DNA of 64,000 bases. It comes from an uncultured Gemmatimonadales bacterium. GTDB taxonomy: Bacteria; Gemmatimonadota; Gemmatimonadetes; Gemmatimonadales; GWC2-71-9. Below, piece by piece: positions 20,401 to 30,038 of this stretch (positions within the stretch are counted from its first letter, which is position 1; each line of letters opens with the position of its first letter). The position numbers and the translations under genes were made by a program. The notes under the pieces are model-generated. The model had not been told where the DNA came from. It did not search any database and worked only from the letters and a program-made list of their open reading frames with translations. Location: the NCBI GenBank assembly GCA_963798915.1, contig CAWCVB010000010.1, forward strand, positions 32,001 through 96,000, given 5' to 3'.

Positions 20401-20492
20401 GGCAGCGTGGAGTCAGGGACCTGCGCCAGCGCCACCCCTGGGAGGGTGAGCGCCATGAAACCCACGATAGAAGCAAGCCGGGAACAGGCCAC
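14432..20492 (-). CDS. sprA: SprA/Sov-like type IX secretion outer-membrane translocon (~2000 aa; split by several frameshifts)
   Basis: Consecutive fragments 20295-20492, 18881-20476, 18211-18942, 15822-18278, 15331-15978 and 14432-15334. Signal peptide; G.IG....VNVDY, Y.G..DEI...VE.G.V.F, QKG, GSE.I......L.RGVDY.IDY..G.V.F, LDTEDLNG, NEKSL and W.DDIR motifs; beta-strand-rich C-terminus. Confidence 0.85.
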
Positions 20493-20535
20493 GCGAACTC
20501 GGAATCGGGACCGGGTATAAAGGAAGGTCGGGCAG

Positions 20536-20564
20536 AATATAATGTTACGTCGAAACCCTTACAA
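20536..20564 (-). promoter_or_regulatory. Sigma70-like promoter for sprA in the AT-rich sprA/lptF divergent gap
   Basis: Minus strand TTGTAA-N17-TATATT; overlapping plus-strand TATAAT at 20538-20543. Confidence 0.5.
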
Positions 20565-20580
20565 CCACGTTACTTAGACC

Positions 20581-22059
20581 GTGCGACGCCTGACTCGCTA
20601 CGTGCTGGGCCGGCTGGTGGCGCCGTTCGGATTTGCGCTGGCAGCACTGACCGGCTTCATGCTCCTCAACCAGGTGGCCCGGCAGTTTTCCAAACTGGCC
20701 GGCAAGGGCCTCGACTGGAAAGTGATCGCCGAGGTGTTCGTGCTGGCGTTGCCGTTCATCCTGGCGCTTACGCTGCCCATGGCAGTGCTCGTGGCGACGC
20801 TCTACGGCTTCAGCCAGCTGGCGGCGGAGAACGAAATCACGGCGATGCGCAGCAGCGGGGTGAGCGTCGGCCAGATGCTCGGTCCGGTGCTGCTGGTCTC
20901 AGTGCTGGTTGGCGTGGCAACGTTCGGCTTCGTCGACCAGGTGCTGCCCCGAAGCAATGCCCGGCTACGCACGCTCTTTTTCGATATCGCGCGCAAGAAG
21001 CCGACGTTTGAACTGCACGAGCAGGTCCTCAATTCCATCCCCTCCTCGCAATACTTCCTGCGCGCCGCCAAGATCGACCAGGCAGAGGGGCAGCTCCGCA
21101 ACGTGACCATCTTCGACATGGGTGGCCAATGGAGTCGCCGTGTCATCTACGCTGACAGCGGCTCCATGGCCGTCGCCGGGCCAGCCGGCGCCGACCTGCT
21201 GCTGACCCTGCACGATGGCGTCGTGCACGAGTTTCCGGCCGCGGCGCCGGCCGACTTCCGCCTGGTCCGGTTTCACGAAAATCAGGTGGTACTGCGCGGC
21301 GTGTATGACCAGTTCCAGCGCAATGAAGGCACGATCGCCCGCGGCGATCGCGAACAGAGCACTTGCGAGATGCTTGGCGTGGTTCGCGCGGCCGATCGAG
21401 ACGAGCGCCAGGCCGAGCGCGACCGGGATGCCCTGCTCGACCGCGACCTGCGCTTCCTGCTCGGCGTGCCAGCCAGGCCAGCCCCGGCGCCGGTCGAGCA
21501 GGCGCCGGCCCGGGGCTACTGCAACTGGGCCAGCCGGATCCGGGACCTCATCCTCCCAGAGACGGCCAAGGCGCAGCAGGCTGCACAGCTGCCGGCAAGC
21601 AAGGTACGGAGCGCGCCACCGAGCCGCCTTTCGGGTCGGGGTGAGGTCACCGGCACGGCCAGCCGCATTGAGTCGGCAGAGCGCCAGAGTGATCGGTTTC
21701 TCGTCGAAGTCCACAAGAAATGGGCGATCGCCTTTGCCTGTCTTCCCTTTGCCCTGGTCGGCATCGTCGTCGCGCTGCGCTTTCCTCGCGGCGGCATGGG
21801 CCTCGTGATCGGCGGTGCAATGGGCGTGTTCGCGATCTTCTGGGTCGGGCTCACCGCGGGCGAGGCCCTGGCGGACAAGGGCATCCTGTCGCCCTGGCTG
21901 AGCATGTGGGCCCCGGACCTGGTGCTCTCGGTGCTGGGACTCATCGGCCTGGTCGTCGTGAGCCGGGAGATGGGCTCCACTCGAGGCGGCGACTGGCAGG
22001 AAATGGCCGACTGGTGGGGCGACCGCTGGCGGCGTGCGTGGCGCCGGGTGCGGCCATGA
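20581..22059 (+). CDS. lptF: LPS export permease LptF
   Basis: L.RY N-terminus, LPMA.L...L, NEI.AMRSSG.S, E.HKK.A and W.PD motifs. Confidence 0.9.
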   Translation: MRRLTRYVLGRLVAPFGFALAALTGFMLLNQVARQFSKLAGKGLDWKVIAEVFVLALPFILALTLPMAVLVATLYGFSQLAAENEITAMRSSGVSVGQMLGPVLLVSVLVGVATFGFVDQVLPRSNARLRTLFFDIARKKPTFELHEQVLNSIPSSQYFLRAAKIDQAEGQLRNVTIFDMGGQWSRRVIYADSGSMAVAGPAGADLLLTLHDGVVHEFPAAAPADFRLVRFHENQVVLRGVYDQFQRNEGTIARGDREQSTCEMLGVVRAADRDERQAERDRDALLDRDLRFLLGVPARPAPAPVEQAPARGYCNWASRIRDLILPETAKAQQAAQLPASKVRSAPPSRLSGRGEVTGTASRIESAERQSDRFLVEVHKKWAIAFACLPFALVGIVVALRFPRGGMGLVIGGAMGVFAIFWVGLTAGEALADKGILSPWLSMWAPDLVLSVLGLIGLVVVSREMGSTRGGDWQEMADWWGDRWRRAWRRVRP

Positions 22060-23135
22060 TACGCCTGCTTGATCGGTACCTGCTCGGTTCGTGGATCAAG
22101 CTGTTCATTGTAACCGCCATCGGCTTTCCGATCGTGGCCGTGGTCACCGAAATGATTCAGGAACTCCATGACCTGCTGGGCCGAGGGCTGACGCTGCGCC
22201 AGGTTGCGGTCAGCTACGTGTTCGGGATTCCCGCCTGGGCGTCGCTGGTGATGCCGGCCGCTGTCCTGTTCGCCACCATTTTCACGGTGGGCAACATGGC
22301 GCGCCATTCCGAGCTCACCGCGGCCAAGGCAGGCGGCGCGAGCTTCCATCGCCTGGTCCGACCGCTGTTCCTCGCCTCGCTGGCAGCATCGGGCCTCGCA
22401 ATCCTGGTGGGCGAACTGGCCGTGACAGCCTCTGCCCGGCAGGCGGATATGCAGAAGGCATCTGCCCTGGTCAATTCCGGCTCACGCTTCAACTTCGTCT
22501 ACCGCGCCAACCTCGGCTGGATCTACACCATCCGCGCGCTGGATGTCGCCTCGCATACACTGCGTGAGCTGGTGCTGGAGCGGGCCGGTACCGGTGATGA
22601 TTACCCGACGCTGGTCATTCGTGCCGACAGCGCCACCTGGGCGGATTCGTCGGCCCAGTGGACGCTCTGGAACGGCCAGAGCCGGGTACTGGGAGACGCC
22701 GGCCGCCTGGCCACGTTCGGCTTTGCCACCATGCAACTGGCGGCCTTCTCGCAGGATCCGTCCGAACTTCTGCTCAAGGACAAGGCGCCCCAGGCGATGC
22801 GCTACGCCGAACTCGGCCGATACATCGAATCGATGCATCGCGCCGGCAACCCGACCGGCGAGCTCGAGGTCCAGCGTGCCCAGCGCATCGCGATCCCGAT
22901 GGCCTGCCTGGTCATCGCGCTCTTTGGCGCCCCGCTGGCGATGGCCGCTCCGCGCTCCGGCACCGCCTTCGGCATCGGCGTGAGTCTCGCGGCCACGGTC
23001 GTCTACATCCTGCTCTCCCAGATTGCCACAGCAATGGGCGACAGCAACTTCCTGAGCCCCACCCTGCTGGCCTGGCTGCCCAACGCGCTGTTCCTGATCG
23101 CGGCGCTGGTGTTGCTGGACCGGGTGAGGTCGTAG
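22056..23135 (+). CDS. lptG: LPS export permease LptG
   Basis: MIRLLDRY start (ATGA overlap with lptF), SELTA.KAGG.S and AWLPN.LF. Confidence 0.9.
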   Translation: MIRLLDRYLLGSWIKLFIVTAIGFPIVAVVTEMIQELHDLLGRGLTLRQVAVSYVFGIPAWASLVMPAAVLFATIFTVGNMARHSELTAAKAGGASFHRLVRPLFLASLAASGLAILVGELAVTASARQADMQKASALVNSGSRFNFVYRANLGWIYTIRALDVASHTLRELVLERAGTGDDYPTLVIRADSATWADSSAQWTLWNGQSRVLGDAGRLATFGFATMQLAAFSQDPSELLLKDKAPQAMRYAELGRYIESMHRAGNPTGELEVQRAQRIAIPMACLVIALFGAPLAMAAPRSGTAFGIGVSLAATVVYILLSQIATAMGDSNFLSPTLLAWLPNALFLIAALVLLDRVRS

Positions 23136-23257
23136 GGGTTGGGGAATAGGGGTTGGGGAATAGGGATAGGGGAACAGGGGTTGGGAGAAGCGGAAAGGGC
23201 CGAAGCTCACCTCGAGCTCCGGCCCTTCCCTAACCCCTAACCCCAATCCCTAGCCCC
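23135..23257. repeat. G-tract / C-tract short tandem repeats flanking a hairpin between convergent genes
   Basis: Eight G3-4 tracts at 23135-23185, including (TAGGGGTTGGGGAA)x2; five C3-4 tracts at 23228-23257. Confidence 0.8.
23192..23229. terminator. Stem-loop between lptG and the TonB receptor gene
   Basis: GGAAAGGGCCGAAGCTC-acctc-GAGCTCCGGCCCTTCC imperfect hairpin. Confidence 0.55.
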
Positions 23258-26200
23258 TCAGAACGAATACTTCGCGCCGAACTGCATGCGCCAGCGTGAG
23301 GAATTCGGACCGAGGATGGTCCGCTCAATGGTGGCCGGCGGCGAGAAGTTGTAGATCGGCCGGTTGTTGACCACATCGTAACCGACGGCGCGGAGGAAGG
23401 ACGGGCCTTCCTCGAACCCGCTCACCTGCTTGAAGGCGCCCCACTCGTTGTCAATCATGTTCAGGACGTTGAACACGTCCCACGAGAGCAGCAGGCTCTG
23501 CCCGGCCGGAAGCGGCAGGGTGGTCGCCAGACGGGCGTTCAGCAGGTTGGACCACGGGTTCCGGCAGGAGTTGCGCTCCAGGATCTTCCCGCGGCTGTCG
23601 GCCAGGCACGGCTGGCTGTTGATGAAGTCATCCAGCGCACTGAACTGCGTCGGGTCGGCCAGCGTGATGTCCGAGGCGCTCGCCGGAACGTACGGCAGGT
23701 CGTTGCCGCTGATGCCGTCGGCATTGACGTCGCTGCCCACCGTCCAGCCATAGGGCGAGCCGGAGAAGCCCTGGTAGATCAGGGAGAACTGGCCCCGATA
23801 CGGCAGGTTGGCGGTGCCGCTGATGGTAATTTTGTGCGGCACGTCAAAGGCCGAAGTCGTTACGTTCCGGTCGAACAGCGACCCGTCCAGCGACGCAAAC
23901 TGGTAGTTCGAGAACGCGATGCTGCTCGTCAGGGAGATAGATGTCCTTGGTCTTCGAATAGGTGTAGCCGGCATTGAAGGCCAGCCCGTTATTGAAGCTC
24001 TTGGACAACTGCGCCGTGATCGAGACACTGTTGCCACCGTTGGCGTTGCGGTGAAACAGGGCGTTGCCAATGTCGGACCGGACAACGTTCTTGCTCGCCC
24101 GGCCGTCGGCCGGGTTAAAAGTGCCATACAGGTAGCGGCCCTCACCCGAGGTCGTCGGGGATTCCACCAGGTTGTTGTCCTGGATGTAGAGACTGTTCCG
24201 GTTGGTGGTGTAGAGGAAGTCCACCGTCCCGATGATGCCGTGCGGGAGCTGGTGATCAAGACCCAGTGCCGCCCGGAAGTTCTGCGGGAACTTGAAGTTC
24301 GGGTCAAAATACACCGGGTTGGCCCGCGGCAGCGATGGCGTTCCGCCGCCCACGCACGCGGTCGGCTGGTCAGCCAGGGCCGTGCCCGGGAAGGTCGGCA
24401 CCTCGGCGCCGGTGCAATTCAGCGTGACGCTTTCGAGGCCGGTGCCGACATAGGCATTGGACAGCCACACGTATGCCGGACGCCCGGTGAAGATGCCGGC
24501 GCCGCCGCGGAGCACGGTGGTACCGCGCCCGTCCACGTCCAAATTGAAGCCCAGCCGCGGCGACCAGAGCGCGTTGCCGCTGGGGAAGTCGCCGGTATTG
24601 ATCGGGAGGTTTGGGTCGCTCACCAGGTTCGGGTTGGTGATCGGGGCATTGAAATACGGCACGTCCACGCGGACGCCCGCCGTCACCGTTGCCCGGTTGC
24701 TCAGCGTCCACTGGTCCTGGACGAAGCCGCCAATCTGCTTCACCGAGAAGTCGGCCACCGGGCCGTTCGGCGCCAGCGAAGGATCGCCCGGCAGTGAGCG
24801 CTCGTACACTTCGGCCATACCCTGCTGCAGGCTGTCCAGCGAGGCGAACATCCAGTTTCCGTAGGAGCCCTGGGCAAAGACGTTGTGGAAGGTGAAGAAC
24901 TCGTCGCTGGTACCGACCGTGAGCCGATGCTGGCTGGCCACGTTCCAGCTCAGGTTGTCGGCCACCGAGTAGATGTCCTGATTCAGCAGGTTGCCCTGCG
25001 AGAACCGGTCGGCACCGGCCGCAAGCCAGGAATCACTGGAGCCGACCACGCCGGCATCGAGCAGGATGAGCGGGGCGTCATTGGCGATTTCGCGATGATC
25101 GCGAACCCACTGGCCGCCTCCCAGGAACTCGTTGGACATGTTCTGGCCAAACGTGGTGGTCCACTTGAGCCGGGTGGTATTGGTCCGGTTGGCCTGGCCA
25201 TAGCCGCTGTTGGAAAGCTGATAGCCATCACGCAGCCGGGAGGAGAAGCGCGGGCTGGTGGGGTTTCGAATCAGCTGGTCCTGGGTGGCATCCACCCAGT
25301 TGTGCGACAACTCCAGCCGGCTGTTGGGCGCGATCTGCCAGCTGAGCTTGCCGAACAGATTCTTGTCCGGATTCTTGATCGGCGGCGCCGTACCGTTGCC
25401 CGGATCACCGAGGTTGTACGTGTTGACCAGGACGTCCCGGAAGTCCTGCGCGTCGGCCAGGGTGAAGCCGACGTTGGCGATGTCCTCGGCGTCGTTGCCG
25501 GTCAACTGGTTGCTGCTGGAGAACGAGCTGCTGCTGCTCTGCAGGTCGGCCGAGACGAAGAACTGCAGCTTGTCCCGCATGATGGGACCGCTGAAGGTGC
25601 CGCCGTACTGGTACACGTTGAAGGAGCTGAAGGTCGGATCGTCCCGCTGGCCGGCCAGGCTCTTGCCCCGGTAGTAGCCAAACAGCGAGCCGTGGTAGTC
25701 GTTGGTGCCTGACTTCGTGACGGCGTTGATCAGCCCGCCAGTGAAGTTGCCCTGGCGCACGTCGAAGGGTGCCACCTGCACCTGGAATTCCTGGATCGCT
25801 TCGAGCGAGATCACGGTGGCGTTGGCCTGGCCGCCCGGAGTGCCGCTGGCAGCCAGCCCGAAGAGGTCGTTATTGACGCCGCCATCCACCTGGATGTTGT
25901 TGAACCGATTGTTCTGGCCAGCCACCGAGTTGCCATTGACCTGGGGAGCGGTCTGGATCAGGTCGGTGAAGTTACGGCCCTGCAATGGATAGCGCTGGAT
26001 GGCCGTGTCGGACACGACGGTAGAGGCGCCGGTCCGGGAGACGTCGGCGAGGATGGAGGTCTGGGTGACGACGTTGATATCCTCGAGCTGCACCGTGGTG
26101 CGCTTCAGGGTGACATCGTGCGAGACTCGCTGCCCCAGCGTAAGGTGGAGGCCTTCATCCCTGAGCGGCTGGAATCCGATGGCGCGTACCGACAGGGTGT

Positions 26201-26450
26201 ACGGGCCGCCCGCGGAGGCGTTGTCCACCACATACCGGCCATCAGACCGGGTGGTGACAACGTGGGTCTCGCCCGTGGCGGGCTTGATGAGCGACACATC
26301 CGCCCCGCCGACCGGCGCTCCATCCTCGGCCATCACGGTTCCGACGATTGCCGCTGAGGTGACGCCCTGCGCCTCAGCCCGGCTTACCAGCCCGGCCGTG
26401 AGCGCAAGCGCCAATACCGCCGCGCCTGCCCTACCTGACCATGATCTCAT
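23258..26450 (-). CDS. Oar-like TonB-dependent receptor with carboxypeptidase-regulatory N-domain (frameshift near 23935)
   Basis: Signal AEA-Q, P..GRNF, G.NNRFN...DG..NND.FG, GG.INAVTKSGTN, SPRLGF and C-terminal FGAKYSF. Confidence 0.92.
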
Positions 26451-26517
26451 ACCGACTCACCTCTCGGAAGTGGAAACTGTGGAAGCGCGCCCAAAGTTAC
26501 CGCCGCGCCGGAAGCGG

Positions 26518-27879
26518 TCAAGCACTCGGATTGGCCGTGACGGAACCTTTACCTCCGAACCGCCGCCAGAGGAGATAGGCCGGCACGCCGGCCAGGATGA
26601 TCGAGAAGGTGATGCCGGTGTCGATCGGCTGGGTCCACAGCGCGTTCAGCACCATGGCCAGCGACGCCAGGAGAAATAGCGCGGGAACCACGGGGTACCC
26701 CCAGGCCCGGTAGGGTCGCTCCAGCTCGGGCCGGGTGCGGCGAAGCACATAGACCGCCGCCACGGCCAGCGCGTAGAAGGGCCAGATCCCGAGAATGAAC
26801 TTCTCGGCCAGCTGCTGAAAATCATTGAGCAGGACGTAGATCACGCCCAGAATGGTCGCAAGCCAGATGGCGACCGACGGACTCTGGTACCGAGGGGATA
26901 CCCGGGCAATGCGTTCGAAGAAGAGCCCCCGATCGGCCATCGCGAAGAAGATCCGGGGTCCGGTCATCATGGAACCATTGAGTGTCCCGAAGCACGAGAT
27001 CATCACCATGGCCGCCACAATGGACGCTCCGGCAGCACCGAGTGCTGGAATCCGTTCGGCCGCGGTCGAGGCAATCAGGGCACTGCCCGCCATCTGGGGC
27101 AATGGTACCAGGTACACATAGGCCGCGTTGATCAGCAGATAGACCACCACGATGGACGCGGTGCCGATGATCAGTGCCAGCGGCAGCGTCCGCCCGGGAT
27201 TCCGGACCTCACCACCCATGAAGGAAAGATCCGCCCAGCCATCATAGGTCCACATGATGGTGATCAGGGCAGTTCCCATGAGCGACAGGTCCAGGCCGTG
27301 CGGCCAGACCGGCACGAAGTGGGCACCACTCCCCTGCCCCACGGCGAACGCGAGCACCGCGAGGCCCGCAAGAGCCAGATACTTGACCACCGTGGTCAGG
27401 TTCATGACCAGGGCCGCGACGTTCACGCCGGTCCAGTTGAAAATCCCGACCAGAACGATCCCCGCGGCCGCCACCAGACGAACCTGCATCGGGCTCATCG
27501 GAATGAAATGGCCGAGGTATTCGGCGAAGATCGTTGCGATGGCGCCCAGCGCCGAGGCACGGATGACACAAAGCTCTGACCAGCCAAAGAGAAAGGCCGG
27601 CAGCGGGCCGAAGGCCTCGAGGATGTAGGCAAAGACTCCGCCTGAGCGCGGCAGGGCCGCCGCCAGCTCGGCATAGGTCAACGCTCCGAACAGCGCGATC
27701 AGACCACCCAGCACCCAGGCCAGCAGGACCGGGCCCGGATCGCGAAGCTGGCCCGCCACCGTCGCCGGCACCCGGAAGATGCCGCTGCCGATGGTCGAAC
27801 CCACCAGAACGGCGACAGCACTCCAGAGGCCCAGGTGTCGGGGCAACCGTTCGCCCCAGGCATCGCGCTCTTGATTCAT
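26518..27879 (-). CDS. APC family amino acid permease
   Basis: GS.IGSGIF, YAEL....P.SGG and W.YDGW motifs; ~12 TM. Confidence 0.93.
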   Translation of the reverse strand: MNQERDAWGERLPRHLGLWSAVAVLVGSTIGSGIFRVPATVAGQLRDPGPVLLAWVLGGLIALFGALTYAELAAALPRSGGVFAYILEAFGPLPAFLFGWSELCVIRASALGAIATIFAEYLGHFIPMSPMQVRLVAAAGIVLVGIFNWTGVNVAALVMNLTTVVKYLALAGLAVLAFAVGQGSGAHFVPVWPHGLDLSLMGTALITIMWTYDGWADLSFMGGEVRNPGRTLPLALIIGTASIVVVYLLINAAYVYLVPLPQMAGSALIASTAAERIPALGAAGASIVAAMVMISCFGTLNGSMMTGPRIFFAMADRGLFFERIARVSPRYQSPSVAIWLATILGVIYVLLNDFQQLAEKFILGIWPFYALAVAAVYVLRRTRPELERPYRAWGYPVVPALFLLASLAMVLNALWTQPIDTGITFSIILAGVPAYLLWRRFGGKGSVTANPSA

Positions 27880-28019
27880 TACCACCACGGGGAGTTTGAG
27901 GGGGGATTCAACTGGGAAAATCGACCGCAATCGTATGCTTGACAAGGGGGGAGCCGCTCCCGTTCTTTCGCTCGCCGCAGGGCCCCGCAGGTCCGCGCGC
28001 CCTCTCTGGAGATCTATTC

Positions 28020-30038
28020 ATGCACCAGTCGCAGCCCGATCCAGCCCGGTCACTCCGCCGCCTTGCCTGGGCAGGCGTCATCCTGGCGATCGGGCTGGTG
28101 GTCCTTGGCGGGGTGGTTCGAATCACCGGCTCCGGGCTGGGCTGCGGCAACCACTGGCCTCGGTGCGATGGCGCATGGTTCCCCCCGCTTGACCTGGCCA
28201 CGGCCATCGAGATCGGTCACCGCTGGGTGGCTGCCCTGCTGAGCGTGCTCGTCGTTGCCGTGGCAGTCCAGGCCTGGCGCCGCCATCGGGATGAACCCAG
28301 GCTCCGGCGTCCGGCATCGCTGGCGTTGCTGCTGCTGGTGGTCCAGGTCCTCCTGGGCGCGGTGACGGTCAAGCTCGACCTCCCGGCTTCGGTGGTCATC
28401 ATTCACCTGGCCAACGCCATGTTCCTGCTGGCCGCCCTGCTGGTCACCGCCATGCGGGCGGGCACCACGGCGATGCCGCTGCCCCGGCCGGACAGGCACC
28501 CTGACCACCGCCTCATCCTGGTGACCACCGCGGCCTCGCTGCTGGTGGTACTGCTTGGCGCCCATGTCGCCAACCTGAATGCCGGGTGGGTCTGCCTCGG
28601 TTTCCCGTTCTGCCGCGGATTCGGCCTGGGCCCGCCACCGACAGCGCTCGGCGCCCTGCACTGGACCCACCGGATCCTGGCCTACCTCTTCCTCGCGCTT
28701 GTGGCCGTGACCTCGATCCGGCTTTCGGCCCGGAGGGACGAGGACGCAGCGCCAGTCCGAACGGTGGCCAATGCCCTGCTCGGCCTTACCGTGCTGCAGG
28801 TCATCGTGGCCGCCACCATGGTGCTCGCAAGCCTGCCGACCGCGCTGCGGGCGGCGCACCTGATGCTCGGAACGCTGATCTGGACCTCCGGAGTGATGCT
28901 GGTGTTCCGATCCCGCCGTCTTGGCAGGGCAATCGCGGCCGTTCCGGCAGGGGATCTCGGGGCGTCAGCGAGCTTTGCCGACTTGGGTAGGGGTGGCCTG
29001 CGGTCCACCCCTACCGTTGTCGGGCGGGATTCAGAAACAGATGGAGTTATCCCGGATCACGCCGAATCGCTTGCCGTCCCGGCGGCGCCGTCGTTTGTCC
29101 AGGACTTGGTCACCCTCACGAAACCCCGAATCATTTCGCTGCTGCTGGTCACCACGGTCGCGCCCATGTTCATCACTCCGGCCGGGCTGCCTTCCATGCG
29201 GCTGGTCTTGCTGGTGGTCGTCGGCGGGTATCTGATGGCGGGCGGCGCCAACGCCATCAACATGTGGTTTGATCGTGACATCGACACCCGGATGGCACGC
29301 ACGCGCCTCAGGCCGATTCCCGCCGGGCGGGTCAGTCCCGGCGCTGCGCTCGTCTTTGGCGTCGGGCTGGGGGTCATCGCATTCTTCATCTTCTATCGCT
29401 TCGTGAATCCGCTGTCGGCGTGGCTTGCGCTGGGTGGTCTGCTTTTTTACGTGTTCATCTACACGATGTGGCTCAAGCGCACCACCACCCAGAACATTGT
29501 CATCGGCGGGGCGGCCGGCGCCTTCCCGCCGCTGGTTGGATGGGCAGCCATGACCGGCCGGCTCGATCTCGCGGCCATTTATCTCTTTGCCATCATCTTC
29601 TATTGGACCCCTCCCCACTTCTGGGCCCTCGCACTGATCAAGCAGCGTGACTATGCCAAGGCCGGGGTCCCGATGATGCCAGTGGTCCGGGGTGAGCGCC
29701 GCACCAAGGTGGAAATGCTGCTGTATACCCTGTTCCTGCTTCCCCTCACCCTGATGCCGTCACTGTTCGGGGCCCTGGGATTGGTCTATTTCGTTTCAGC
29801 TCTCCTGCTTGGCGCGAGACTCTTGTGGTACTGCGTGCAACTACTACGAGAATCCGGCGTAACACCAACGGCCTGGCGGATGTACAAGTATTCGCTGCTA
29901 TATCTCTTCCTCCTGTTCCTCGCGATGGGCGTCGACCGACTGGTGCCCATTCGCCGAGCGCTGCCACCTGCCCGACTTATGCTCGACAACGCTGACCCCC
30001 ACCCGGGGGCGGCCGGACTCCGTGAGCTGACGCACTGA
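28020..30038 (+). CDS. ctaB: Fused heme A synthase (CtaA/COX15) - protoheme IX farnesyltransferase (CtaB/CyoE)
   Basis: N-half: GLGC..WP.C, E..HR, H..HR. C-half: LTKPRI, N...DRDID..M.RT..RP, YT.WLKR, WTPPHFWAL. Single open frame. Confidence 0.93.
   Translation: MHQSQPDPARSLRRLAWAGVILAIGLVVLGGVVRITGSGLGCGNHWPRCDGAWFPPLDLATAIEIGHRWVAALLSVLVVAVAVQAWRRHRDEPRLRRPASLALLLLVVQVLLGAVTVKLDLPASVVIIHLANAMFLLAALLVTAMRAGTTAMPLPRPDRHPDHRLILVTTAASLLVVLLGAHVANLNAGWVCLGFPFCRGFGLGPPPTALGALHWTHRILAYLFLALVAVTSIRLSARRDEDAAPVRTVANALLGLTVLQVIVAATMVLASLPTALRAAHLMLGTLIWTSGVMLVFRSRRLGRAIAAVPAGDLGASASFADLGRGGLRSTPTVVGRDSETDGVIPDHAESLAVPAAPSFVQDLVTLTKPRIISLLLVTTVAPMFITPAGLPSMRLVLLVVVGGYLMAGGANAINMWFDRDIDTRMARTRLRPIPAGRVSPGAALVFGVGLGVIAFFIFYRFVNPLSAWLALGGLLFYVFIYTMWLKRTTTQNIVIGGAAGAFPPLVGWAAMTGRLDLAAIYLFAIIFYWTPPHFWALALIKQRDYAKAGVPMMPVVRGERRTKVEMLLYTLFLLPLTLMPSLFGALGLVYFVSALLLGARLLWYCVQLLRESGVTPTAWRMYKYSLLYLFLLFLAMGVDRLVPIRRALPPARLMLDNADPHPGAAGLRELTH

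Noticed and set aside
14432..20492. Five or six separate genes, or programmed frameshifting, in the sprA region
   Set aside because: The fragments join into one collinear SprA-like protein. The shifts I traced are in short G/C runs, without slippery heptamers or stimulatory structures.
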